Shown in pieces: positions 37,366-47,081 of a stretch of 64,000 nt of DNA. The position numbers were made by a program, and so were the translations under genes. The notes under the pieces were generated by a model. That model did no database searches. It was not told the DNA's origin and saw only the letters and a program-made list of their open reading frames with translations. Numbering within the stretch: position 1 is the first letter of the stretch; each line of letters begins with the position of its first letter. This DNA is from Candidatus Kapaibacterium sp. (lineage in GTDB: Bacteria; Bacteroidota; Ignavibacteria; Kapaibacteriales; UBA2268): contig OY761611.1 in assembly GCA_963664875.1 (NCBI GenBank), positions 3,520,001 to 3,584,000 of the forward strand. Reading direction: 5' to 3'.

Positions 37366-38319
37366 TCATGCATTTTTGAAGCCAAGTTTTATAAACAAAT
37401 TCCTGATTTTTGGTTCTACCCAAACTGAAAAGACTGCAAGAAGACTGCCTGCCAACACATCAACTACGTAATGGTATCTCAGATAAATTGTAGCAAAAAT
37501 AAGAGAGGAGCCTATCACTAATAAGGGGTATTTGAATTTTGATTTGTATTTGAATGCAAGTATCATAGTTACAAGTGTGATCCAAGTATGCCCGCTTGGC
37601 ATACAGTCACGATTTACCTGAATGGCTGCCGCTATGGTAGGGTCTGTAATTCCTCCGCCCTGATTGACAAAATTGCGGATAGAGTCTGTGAAAAACAAAC
37701 CGGGTAGTTCGGTTGCGATGGAATTGAATTCGTGGACACTAAACCGAGGTCCGATGGCAGGCATTGCAAGGTAGCAAATGTATGATAAATAAAAAGAAAA
37801 CATCACCATTCGCACAAACTCATCGAAACGGGCACTATCTTTTCGTTTATGCAATTCGATACCGAGTACAATTGGAATCCAGAAAAACAGATAATAGCAT
37901 ATTTGAAGATATTCAGTTAGAATTGGGCTTGCAATTACAGAAATCCATTCAGTCGGGTTTACGCCAAATATTGAATAATCCCATTGCTTAAGTACTTCAT
38001 CATAATCGTGAGGATTGATGACTGATATATAGACCTGTACCTGACTGTAAATAAGGTAAACTATAGGAATTACAAGCAGCCGCCTTAGCAAAAAGAAAAT
38101 CCTTCCGGCACTAAACTTTGACACAAGCACTGCCATTGCTACAATGCCGACTCCTATCACGAAATTTAAAAACAACTGATTGGCTACATTGGGGATACTA
38201 CTATAAAATATCAAACTAAGAACGGAATAAAGCATTAGCATGGAAACAGTATATATTTCAGGCATTGAAAAATACTCTTTTAACTTAAATCTGCTGATTG
38301 GTTCTTTAGTTTGTCCCAT
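37366..38319 (-). CDS. PAP2-superfamily membrane phosphoesterase (Aur1/IPC-synthase-like)
   Basis: PAIGPRF, CMPSGH and YLRYHYVVD motifs; multiple TM segments. Confidence 0.85.
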   Translation of the reverse strand: MGQTKEPISRFKLKEYFSMPEIYTVSMLMLYSVLSLIFYSSIPNVANQLFLNFVIGVGIVAMAVLVSKFSAGRIFFLLRRLLVIPIVYLIYSQVQVYISVINPHDYDEVLKQWDYSIFGVNPTEWISVIASPILTEYLQICYYLFFWIPIVLGIELHKRKDSARFDEFVRMVMFSFYLSYICYLAMPAIGPRFSVHEFNSIATELPGLFFTDSIRNFVNQGGGITDPTIAAAIQVNRDCMPSGHTWITLVTMILAFKYKSKFKYPLLVIGSSLIFATIYLRYHYVVDVLAGSLLAVFSVWVEPKIRNLFIKLGFKNA

Positions 38320-38326
38320 TTATAAT

Positions 38327-39124
38327 TTATCCTTTAATGATGTCATATAGTCTTATAAAATCGCTCACACTCAGAGCTTCCGGTCGCAAATTCATAAATT
38401 CAGCAAGATTTGGAAAATCTGATGTGTTTATTCCGTGTTGATTAAAATATGGAGAAAGTGAGTTGGAAAGCATTTTACGTCTCTGATTGAAACCTGCACG
38501 CACCAGCTTCATTAAACCGCTGAAATCTTCACATAAAGCCACTTCTCTTAACATAATTTCTATAACGGCAGAATTTACCTTAGGTTTCGGAAAAAAGCAA
38601 CCAGGGGGTATTTCTAAGGCAATTTTTGACTCGCCTACAATTCCTGCGGCAACGGAAAGAATCCCGTAAGTTTTACTTCCTTCTTTAGCGGCTACTCTCT
38701 GAGCAACTTCTTTTTGAACGGTAAGTACACTTTTGGAAAAGAGCTTATAATTTTCAAATATTCTGAAAAAAATCTGGCTCGATATATTGTATGGGATATT
38801 ACCCACAATTTTGATTCTTTCACTGCTGTAAGAGCTGACAAATTCTTTTAAATCTATTCTCAAAAAGTCGCTGAGTACCACTTCAAAATTTGGGAATCTG
38901 TCTTTGGGGTACTTTTCCTGAAGCAAATTAACAGCTCGGCTGTCCACATCGATTCCTATTACCTTTGCACCGGAACTTATCAGATAATCAGTCAGAGCAC
39001 CCGGGCCGGGACCAATTTCAATAATAATTTCTTCGGGTTGCGGGTCAATGATTTGCACGATTTTTTCTAATTTCTTTTTATCCTGCAAAAAATTTTGCCC
39101 AAGAGACTTTTTGGGAGTTATCAT
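38327..39124 (-). CDS. rsmA: 16S rRNA m6,2A dimethyltransferase RsmA/KsgA
   Basis: KKSLGQNFL, EIGPGPGALT, VGNIPYNISS, QKEVAQR, FNQRRKML. Confidence 0.96.
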   Translation of the reverse strand: MITPKKSLGQNFLQDKKKLEKIVQIIDPQPEEIIIEIGPGPGALTDYLISSGAKVIGIDVDSRAVNLLQEKYPKDRFPNFEVVLSDFLRIDLKEFVSSYSSERIKIVGNIPYNISSQIFFRIFENYKLFSKSVLTVQKEVAQRVAAKEGSKTYGILSVAAGIVGESKIALEIPPGCFFPKPKVNSAVIEIMLREVALCEDFSGLMKLVRAGFNQRRKMLSNSLSPYFNQHGINTSDFPNLAEFMNLRPEALSVSDFIRLYDIIKG

Positions 39125-39630
39125 ACTTTTAATAGTTCTTCTTTAATTTTCAAATACGAATCATCTAAAGATTCAGATACCACTTTTATATCGGCAAGAG
39201 TAGCTGTAAAGCTTGTATCGCCGTTCCAACGCGGCAATACGTGGAAATGAATATGACCGGGGAAACCTGCCCCGGCGGCTCTGCCAATATTAAGCCCTAT
39301 ATTAAATCCATCGGGAGAGTATAGCGAAGTCAATACTTTTACAAGTTTTCTGATAACAATATTGATTTCTAAAAGCTCTGCATCGCTCAGTTCCGTAAAA
39401 TCTCCGATATGCCTGTAGGGCGAAACGAGGAGATGTCCGTTATTGTAAGGGTATCGGTTCATAATAACATAGCAATGCTCATATCTTTCTATTATCAAAA
39501 ACTCCCTGTCATGCTCGCCTTGCGGGTGCTTAGCAGCCAAACAAAGAAAACATTCTTTTTCCAAAGGGTCTTTCTCATCTTTAAAGGAGCCTATGTATTT
39601 CGAACGCCAAGGCGACCAAAGCTGTTCCAT
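39121..39630 (-). CDS. HIT-family hydrolase (Ap4A phosphorylase/FHIT-like)
   Basis: LWSPWR, NRYPYNNGH, GFNIGLNIGRAAGAG, HIHFHVLPRW. Confidence 0.92.
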   Translation of the reverse strand: MEQLWSPWRSKYIGSFKDEKDPLEKECFLCLAAKHPQGEHDREFLIIERYEHCYVIMNRYPYNNGHLLVSPYRHIGDFTELSDAELLEINIVIRKLVKVLTSLYSPDGFNIGLNIGRAAGAGFPGHIHFHVLPRWNGDTSFTATLADIKVVSESLDDSYLKIKEELLKV

Positions 39631-39668
39631 ACTATATTTTTTCCCAAAGTAAAAAAATAATAAAAAAA

Positions 39669-39700
39669 AGCACTGACCTCAAGAAAAGAAAGTCAGCGCT
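39669..39700 (-). terminator. Intrinsic terminator after 39721-40578
   Basis: AGCACTGAC...GTCAGCGCT with an A run on the left. Confidence 0.55.
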
Positions 39701-39720
39701 AATATTTTTCTTAAAACAAT

Positions 39721-40578
39721 TTAGAGTACAAATCTTATGTCAATTTGTGCCTGAAGAGTGTGTACTCTCCAATCAACTCCGCTTGACAATTTGGTAATAC
39801 CGTAGTTATAAAATACGCCCGGTACCACGTAGAGACCTTTCATGCTGTATTCGTACTGCATACCGAATTTAAGACCTAAGCGGAAAGCAGAACCACCCGG
39901 AATATCATCATCATAAACAACGATAGTCCTTCGGTCATTTTCGTACCTTACAACGCTATAACCTGCAGCTTCTAAATCTTTTTCGATAAACTGTACGTTA
40001 TCAGGTTTCAAAATGTTAAGTCTTTGCTCTCTTGTACTTGACATCGAAAAATCAAAAGTAGGACCTACAGCAATACCTAAGCCCTGAGCAAAGTTGAATT
40101 TGTACATCAATTCGCCTGTGATAGCAGAATAATCAGCAAGAAGTTCATTTTCAGTTTGGTAGTCAACTTCAGCACCGGTTACTTTGTCGCGAACAGGCAA
40201 TACGGTATTGGCTACAGTCATTCTCCCCGGCATTACGTTATAAAGCACTCTACCAATTATAGAAGAAGTAGAATTTTTAACATCGCCTAGTAAATACTCC
40301 ATAGAAATACCAAAGAAATATCCGGCATCAGAACCTGAATTAAACTTTGGACAAAATAAGCTATCTGAAGGCTTTTCAGAAAACGACTGATACTCAAGGT
40401 TATGGCTAACCTGATTAAATCCGAAAACAGGTCCGATATAAAGCTTTAACGGATCTTTTCTAAGTGTAAGCGGATTCAGATCGAAATCTACGTCATCTCT
40501 ATTTTCTTGGGCAAATAGAGAGATAGAAGAAAAAAGAAAGAGAGCAAATATTGCTTGTAAGAGTAGCCCTTTTTTCAT
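39721..40578 (-). CDS. Outer-membrane beta-barrel protein (PorT/OmpA-barrel-like)
   Basis: Signal peptide; alternating amphipathic strands; C-terminal QIDIRFVL. Confidence 0.7.
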   Translation of the reverse strand: MKKGLLLQAIFALFLFSSISLFAQENRDDVDFDLNPLTLRKDPLKLYIGPVFGFNQVSHNLEYQSFSEKPSDSLFCPKFNSGSDAGYFFGISMEYLLGDVKNSTSSIIGRVLYNVMPGRMTVANTVLPVRDKVTGAEVDYQTENELLADYSAITGELMYKFNFAQGLGIAVGPTFDFSMSSTREQRLNILKPDNVQFIEKDLEAAGYSVVRYENDRRTIVVYDDDIPGGSAFRLGLKFGMQYEYSMKGLYVVPGVFYNYGITKLSSGVDWRVHTLQAQIDIRFVL

Positions 40579-40590
40579 AATCTACACCCA

Positions 40591-43500
40591 TTATATTGAT
40601 TTTATAAATAGTATTTTCTTATTATAACTTTGGTACTGAACATTTAACAAATAACTACCGGGAGTGAGGCTTTCTACATCTATTAGCACTTTGCTTGCAC
40701 CTTTGTGCAGGAATAGCTCTGAGTTTAGATTTATTTTCTCTCCGGTAACATCATATATATCCGAGATTAGAAAATCTGACTCGGGTATATATACTTCAAG
40801 CTCAAGCTCACTACTTACTATTCGTGAATTTATACTAACAGATGGTAATTTATCATTTATTTTAATAGGAAGCAAATCAAAAATGCAAATTGGAAGCACT
40901 TTTACTGCAATTTTTTCCACAATATCTAAATAGCAAGCGTCAAAAGTAGCCTCGAAGTGAATTTGGCTTGATGTTTCATTTTTATAAAGCACTTTAAATG
41001 GTAGAACAACTGTCCATATTCTTTCCTCATTTTGTGAAACAATTGAAATCGGGTTTTGAATAAATAATTTCCCCTGTAACATGGAAATTTTTGTTTTTAT
41101 ACTGTCTTGTCGCCCTCCGCCTGAAATAATGCATAATACTTCATCGCCCTGATAGCTTAATATTTCGTAGTCAAATTCGACATTCAGATTTAGATATATA
41201 TTATCAATTTCTGTTCCTGGTAAACTGCCGGAAACCAAGACTGTATCTATCTGACCTGCCTGAGCAAGTATTTCTGTAAATCCACTGACTTTATTATCGA
41301 GCTTGGTATAAGTCAAATCATATTCGTTTGCTATTGTAATAGTATCATTTACTGTTATTGAAACATCTAAGCTCGACTGTTCATGTTCTACAAATATATT
41401 TTCAATGGCTATGTCGTAAAAGCTGTCTTTACTTACTGATAGTGGTAATGCAAGCGAAGGTGGAGCCTCGTAGTAAGGGTTGTTTTCAAACTGATAAGAA
41501 AAATCAGTAATGAGAAAATCTATATTACCGCGATTGTGAACTCTTACTACAATAGAATCCATTCTGCATAGCTCGCCCGTGTCATCTATTATTTCCATTA
41601 CCGGCAAAACTGTATCTCTCGGTATTACATCTGCATAAATTTTAAGAGTATCTTTTTTGTAAGCATAATTTGGCATTGCGTCATGTTCGATAAGGTAATA
41701 CTGAGTTCTTCTGCCAAGCTCGAGTGCAGCGAATTGTACATTTGCCTCTACTGTCTGACCGACCGTATATGATTGCCCTGCAAACGTATTTACATCTGTT
41801 GAAAAATCGGTATTGACAGGCAATATCGGCGAAATAGATTTGATAGTTAAGTCCTCATTGCCACCTACTGAAAAAGCTGAATAGTTTCCGGTTACGGTAT
41901 CATCTATAAGGACTTTTCCCAAATAGATTTCATGAAGATTGATTTCGGGTATCGTAGGCTCACCGGTTAAACGGATAATGAAAGTCGAGTCGCTAAGTTC
42001 AGCTATCTGGTTGTTAGTTTCAAGTTTGTATATCTCATTTTTGACAGGGATATATTTTAGATTCAAAGCTATGCTGTCACTCTCAAAAATTGTATTATCC
42101 AAACTTTCCAGAGTGCTTTTGTTTGAGTCTTCATGTGTATTCGAAATTGTATTCAAATAATCAATCTTGGCTTTCCAATTGCCTCTATTGTGTAAATAAA
42201 CTGTTGTGTCGTTGTTTGTGCCCACTCGTTTTTGCCCCCAATCTACTATTAGATCAGGCACATCAGGTGCAGCACCAATACCGGTAATAGTACAGCTGTT
42301 GCTTATATTTTTGTTATTGACAAAATAAACTGATTCCATATATGATTTTGTTTCTTTTGGCGAGAAAGTAACTTCCAGCTTCAAAGTATCATCTATCAAT
42401 AATCTTCTTGGAAATAATCCAATAGTATCTATATAGAATTCATCGGCTTTGTCTATGTATTCCATTCTTTCAAGTACAATATCAGCGGTTCCGTTATTGA
42501 CTATTATCATTTCATTTTTCTTTTGGGTAAAGATAAGCACCTTCCCAAAATTCAAATCTTTTATCAAGAGCTTTGGTAAAAGGACATCTGCTCTGACTCG
42601 CGAACGGCTCATATAATTGCAGTCCACTCGGATATAAACTGAATCATCTAATGCAGCAGGATCATCTATAGGTGAAAAAATCAACTTAATCAGCAATTCC
42701 TCTCCGGGTTGCATTTTATAGGGCAACTTTCCACCATTTTCTAATTCATAAGATAAGCGAGTGTCCTTAAAAAACGTTACAGAATAAATAGTTCGTATCG
42801 TGTCAGAGTTGTTTTTGACTCTATAATAAGTAAATCCGCTTTTACCAAATTCAGTGTTTGGGATACCGATATCACCATGGAAATCAATATTCAAACCTTT
42901 GTAAAAATGTTTATAAACACCACCGTTCCCTGCCAAATCTCTATAGTCTATTGCAATAACAGCATCATCTTGCGGGTCTTCGGGTGAGGCTTCAAATTGA
43001 ATTTCAGTATCAGTTTGTTTGCTTATCTCAAAACTGTAATTGTCGGTCTCGTCGTCGATAGGAAATACAAACCCGAGCCCACCTTCTGCGATGCCGTAGA
43101 TTTCTTTTATCTTTCCTTCGATATACCCGCAATCCTCTGAGACTTCTATCACAGGAGGCAGCGTATCATTTGAAACAACACTCGTAAGCGAGCTTGCTAA
43201 AGTCATAGCATAAGAATCTGCCTCGCCATAGCCGTAAGTCCAGGCAGCAAAGTATCCGTTTGCTGTTTCAATTTTATTTCCGCCAATCAGAATTGGGACA
43301 TGAACATAAAACAGAGATGTCCCGGGAATGTTCTTGATAGTAACAGAGTCTATTTCGCTGATTTTAGTTCCGTTTAGGGTAATATCAGAAACGGCTGGCT
43401 GAGTCATCAGGATTGCTATTTTATGAGCAATAAACTGCTTTTCTGTCTCATATCTGTAAGCTTCAAAAATGTATTCGGGAAGTGAGTAAAACAGCTTTTT

Positions 43501-44607
43501 AACCATTTTATCCTGCGATGGAAGCATCAATAATGAAGGGTCAAAAGTTAATATGAAATCGTAGAAATCAACACCATGACTCATAAATTGTGCTATCTGC
43601 ACCGGTTTATTCGCAACCCATCTGACAGGTTCCTGCACTTTGTCAATTGCCTTGAAATCCCCAATACCGTCTAATCTAAATTGCTCAGTTCTATCTGCGT
43701 AGATCATATTTACGATAGTGGAATCATAAGCTGAAGTGATTTTGAACATATCGCCTGTGCCTGAAACTCCATATTCGAATGGCAATGAGATATATTTGTG
43801 AGACCATCTGTCGATGGAATAAATCATTTCTACAAGGTGATCCTTATTATCCTTGTCTCTCATCAGTATCTGAGGCACCGAAGCTCTAACGTGTCCTGTG
43901 AGAACCCCAACAGGCTTATCGCTTTTAATATAGCTGCCTGTCAAATCGTTATCTCCGTATGAAGACGGAAATGCTTTCACAAGATAAGCCTCGCCTTTGT
44001 ATAATAACACTTGCGACTCTCTGCCTGCCCAGTCTTTTTCTGTAGGCTCAGAGGGACGTATATATACATTGGTCGAATCTTCAGACGCAATTATCAGGAA
44101 CTCTCCCGGGCGTCTTGCTAATCTGAATTCCTGACTTTCAGGCGGTAATGTTTCGTCGGGATAGTAGTGGTCTATACCAAGAGAAGTTATTACATATTCA
44201 TTACCCCATGTATTGACAGGGTGTGCTATGTATGAATCTGTGGATTTTAGTTGTGAGGAGAAAACATAACATACTACCGGTTTTTCGGATATTATCTCGA
44301 ATAAATCAGTGCCAATTTCTTCTGATTTGTCAAACACAAAATCGTAATCTGCATAATATTCGTAGGCGGTGTCGGGCACAATATAGTTTGTAACTTCCCA
44401 GCCCGGTCTTTTAACTGTAACTTTGGTTGTTTCTTGTGCAGTTAGGATGATTTTATGAGTTCTGCCACCAGTCATTATATCCACTTCGTTTTGCATAAAG
44501 CCAATAATAAAATGAGTGCCTGCAAATGCTGACTCATCAGTGTTTTGGCTCTGCAGCTGAAGCAGACCGGATATGATAAATAATAATAAGAATGTAGCAA
44601 ACCGCAT
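40591..44607 (-). CDS. IgGFc-binding-domain surface protein with ASH/Ig-like repeats and T9SS C-terminal domain
   Basis: GTHFIIGFMQNE...DSYIAHPVNTWGNEY...DLTGSYIKSDKPVGVLTGH...DHLVEMI...DPSL; LNFGKV/NNG Ig repeats; CTD IYDVTGE...LTPGSYLL. Confidence 0.85.
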   Translation of the reverse strand: MRFATFLLLFIISGLLQLQSQNTDESAFAGTHFIIGFMQNEVDIMTGGRTHKIILTAQETTKVTVKRPGWEVTNYIVPDTAYEYYADYDFVFDKSEEIGTDLFEIISEKPVVCYVFSSQLKSTDSYIAHPVNTWGNEYVITSLGIDHYYPDETLPPESQEFRLARRPGEFLIIASEDSTNVYIRPSEPTEKDWAGRESQVLLYKGEAYLVKAFPSSYGDNDLTGSYIKSDKPVGVLTGHVRASVPQILMRDKDNKDHLVEMIYSIDRWSHKYISLPFEYGVSGTGDMFKITSAYDSTIVNMIYADRTEQFRLDGIGDFKAIDKVQEPVRWVANKPVQIAQFMSHGVDFYDFILTFDPSLLMLPSQDKMVKKLFYSLPEYIFEAYRYETEKQFIAHKIAILMTQPAVSDITLNGTKISEIDSVTIKNIPGTSLFYVHVPILIGGNKIETANGYFAAWTYGYGEADSYAMTLASSLTSVVSNDTLPPVIEVSEDCGYIEGKIKEIYGIAEGGLGFVFPIDDETDNYSFEISKQTDTEIQFEASPEDPQDDAVIAIDYRDLAGNGGVYKHFYKGLNIDFHGDIGIPNTEFGKSGFTYYRVKNNSDTIRTIYSVTFFKDTRLSYELENGGKLPYKMQPGEELLIKLIFSPIDDPAALDDSVYIRVDCNYMSRSRVRADVLLPKLLIKDLNFGKVLIFTQKKNEMIIVNNGTADIVLERMEYIDKADEFYIDTIGLFPRRLLIDDTLKLEVTFSPKETKSYMESVYFVNNKNISNSCTITGIGAAPDVPDLIVDWGQKRVGTNNDTTVYLHNRGNWKAKIDYLNTISNTHEDSNKSTLESLDNTIFESDSIALNLKYIPVKNEIYKLETNNQIAELSDSTFIIRLTGEPTIPEINLHEIYLGKVLIDDTVTGNYSAFSVGGNEDLTIKSISPILPVNTDFSTDVNTFAGQSYTVGQTVEANVQFAALELGRRTQYYLIEHDAMPNYAYKKDTLKIYADVIPRDTVLPVMEIIDDTGELCRMDSIVVRVHNRGNIDFLITDFSYQFENNPYYEAPPSLALPLSVSKDSFYDIAIENIFVEHEQSSLDVSITVNDTITIANEYDLTYTKLDNKVSGFTEILAQAGQIDTVLVSGSLPGTEIDNIYLNLNVEFDYEILSYQGDEVLCIISGGGRQDSIKTKISMLQGKLFIQNPISIVSQNEERIWTVVLPFKVLYKNETSSQIHFEATFDACYLDIVEKIAVKVLPICIFDLLPIKINDKLPSVSINSRIVSSELELEVYIPESDFLISDIYDVTGEKINLNSELFLHKGASKVLIDVESLTPGSYLLNVQYQSYNKKILFIKSI

Positions 44608-44615
44608 AGGCTTTC

Positions 44616-45923
44616 CTATTCTTTTTTGAATACTACCGGCAACTCTAATTCCCGCTTTTTAGGCAATAATTCATCCCATTTGAAATCAGGCAGATAGTAA
44701 TTTGTCGGGTTGTAAAACACAATCGGGTCGGGAACAACATCGCCGTTGACTTCGCCAAGCCAAATCATATTTTCCGGATTACTATCTCTGAATGTAACAT
44801 TTATGGTATCGGCTGTGGAGACATTTGCACCTTCGCCACCGTTTTCAGATACTATAAAATATAAACTTTTAGCATTATCAAAGCTGTTTATTTCAGATAT
44901 TTCTTCATTTTCTACTACTATATCTATCCTGTTACCGGATATTTGATTGATATAGGCAGGATTGTAATCAGGATTATCTTTCATGCAAGCTATAGATTTA
45001 TTTTTAGCTATCAGCTTTTTCAATTTATTATTTTGCATCACTATTGTTATCGAATCTGCATGCAACTGAGTAGAATCGTGCCATACCACAGGGCTTTCGA
45101 ATAATTCGATAACTTCTATATCTTTCCAAAATATTGAGGAGCCGGCTCTTGCTTTGACGTTAGACCTTACTATAGAGACACTGTCTTTAAAATTATACCT
45201 TTCATTTCCTTTATTTCGGAATGCTTCCATTACTTTTGACTCTATAGTCAATGTGTCAAATTTTATTATGCCTGCATTTTCTGTAGAGTCTATCTGCACT
45301 AAAATCGGATTACCCTTTGCACTCGAATAATTTTTCTTTTTGTCATTTGAAAGGCTGTCTCCTGCGAGCAACACGTTGCTATATCTTCCTTTTACAAATG
45401 CATTGCCTATAGCCTGGCTATAACCTTCTCTTCTCTGATGAATAATCCTGTCGCAAACGATAGTCGCAGAATCATCAACTACAAGCACCTCTCCGGAAAA
45501 GTAAGCAGTATGAGTATTCATATTATAAGTGCCTCGCTTGGCAGTTAGTATCGTTGAATTGTCACTAACTTTTACACCGCCGTAAGCATTAGATATTCTT
45601 GTGTTGCCGTCATAGCTCATATTTGGAGCTTCGAGTGACATATCATCTTCGAGCACTCTTACATTGCCTGACAAATCTGCTTTATTGAGATTTATATAAA
45701 AAATGCCTTTATTGCAATATACATTTGTGGCACCCTGGCGGAGATGAACATTTCCAAATAACGTCCTCTGCGGTTCTCCATTCAGATTAGTATTCATACT
45801 GTCAGCCCCGATTACCTCAATAGGCTGATTACCCTGTGCCTTCCCATTACTATAAAGACAAATAAATAATGTAAAAAGCACAAGAAATAAGTAAGTTTTT
45901 TTATTTTTTTGATGTAAGCTCAT
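44616..45923 (-). CDS. OstA/LptA-like LPS transport beta-jellyroll protein
   Basis: Repeated GNV.L.Q/GGV.V.D jellyroll units, PVVW, NQISG. Probable start is MSLHQK at 45923. Confidence 0.8.
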   Translation of the reverse strand: MSLHQKNKKTYLFLVLFTLFICLYSNGKAQGNQPIEVIGADSMNTNLNGEPQRTLFGNVHLRQGATNVYCNKGIFYINLNKADLSGNVRVLEDDMSLEAPNMSYDGNTRISNAYGGVKVSDNSTILTAKRGTYNMNTHTAYFSGEVLVVDDSATIVCDRIIHQRREGYSQAIGNAFVKGRYSNVLLAGDSLSNDKKKNYSSAKGNPILVQIDSTENAGIIKFDTLTIESKVMEAFRNKGNERYNFKDSVSIVRSNVKARAGSSIFWKDIEVIELFESPVVWHDSTQLHADSITIVMQNNKLKKLIAKNKSIACMKDNPDYNPAYINQISGNRIDIVVENEEISEINSFDNAKSLYFIVSENGGEGANVSTADTINVTFRDSNPENMIWLGEVNGDVVPDPIVFYNPTNYYLPDFKWDELLPKKRELELPVVFKKE

Positions 45924-46011
45924 ATTTATCAATATAAGAATTATATAGCAGTTAGAAAAATTGCAATCGAAAGGAAATGCCATCACAAGTAAAGCTAAGA
46001 AAATAATGCAA

Positions 46012-46956
46012 TTAGCTTGTTTGCTCGCGAACTAATCCAAAGTCGCGGATAACCCTTTGGCTCAAATAATTGTCTTCATTTTGGCAGACATCTACAGCAA
46101 ACTTTATTCCTGTGTCTATTATGTCGTCCCAGTCGCATTTGGCTATGTTATCAATGTCTGCATTAGTAATTGTGGATTTATTGAATAGACTGTAAATAAC
46201 TCCGACATTGAAGTTATCGCCGGCACCAATAGTACTGACAGGTTCTATCTGGGGCACAGCATAGGCAGCATTCAGCGTGGTTGTATGCAAATCCACTTCA
46301 TCTTTGCCTTTGGTATATATAAAATTGTTGCAATAGTTGCGAATAATGTTATAAGTATCCTGCGAATTTTCAGTACCGAAAATGATTTTAAAGTCCTCGT
46401 CCGAGCCTTTGACAATGTCAGCAAGCTCCATATTTTCAGTAATATAGTGCTTGATAACGTCCATATCTTTCAAATATGCTTTCCTGAAATTTGGATCGTA
46501 AATCACAAATGCACCGGCTTCTTTTGCTCTTTTAATCAGAGAAGTTAATTGAAGACGTAGGATGTGCGACACGGAATAAGATGAGCCGAATAGAAGGATA
46601 TCATCTTTGTTAAATGGTATATCCTGAGTTAAGTGGCGTTCTTTGGGGAATATTTTATAAAAATCATATCTTGCATTATTATTTTCATCTAAAAAGGCAA
46701 TAGCCAAGGCAGTTTTTCCATCTGAATATTTACGCACATACTGAGTATCCACATTATTTTCAGTAAGAAATGCATCTACCGCTCTGCCGATTTTGTCTGT
46801 GCCGTATTCGCTTATGAAATGTACGGGCAGACCCAATCTGCCCATAGATACAGAGGCATTGAGCATCGAACCTCCCGGCACAGAGTTAAAAGCGGTATTG
46901 TCTTTGAACATAATATCGTAAACAGTTTCTCCCGGACAAAATATTCTGCGAGCCAT
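46012..46956 (-). CDS. PfkB-family carbohydrate kinase (fructokinase-like)
   Basis: GET, PGGSMLNA, YDPNFR, STIGAGDNF. Confidence 0.9.
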   Translation of the reverse strand: MARRIFCPGETVYDIMFKDNTAFNSVPGGSMLNASVSMGRLGLPVHFISEYGTDKIGRAVDAFLTENNVDTQYVRKYSDGKTALAIAFLDENNNARYDFYKIFPKERHLTQDIPFNKDDILLFGSSYSVSHILRLQLTSLIKRAKEAGAFVIYDPNFRKAYLKDMDVIKHYITENMELADIVKGSDEDFKIIFGTENSQDTYNIIRNYCNNFIYTKGKDEVDLHTTTLNAAYAVPQIEPVSTIGAGDNFNVGVIYSLFNKSTITNADIDNIAKCDWDDIIDTGIKFAVDVCQNEDNYLSQRVIRDFGLVREQTS

Positions 46957-47020
46957 ATTAACACCTATAATATATCAACACCACTTTCTCGGCAAAATAA
47001 ATATACAAAACTAAAAGAAC

Positions 47021-47059
47021 AAAAAAAAGGCGAAGTAAATAAATACTCCGCCTTTTTTT
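47021..47059. terminator. Bidirectional intrinsic terminator after 47082-49181
   Basis: A8-GGCGAAGTA...TACTCCGCC-T7. Confidence 0.75.
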
Positions 47060-47081
47060 ATAGAAAAGAAATACTATAAGA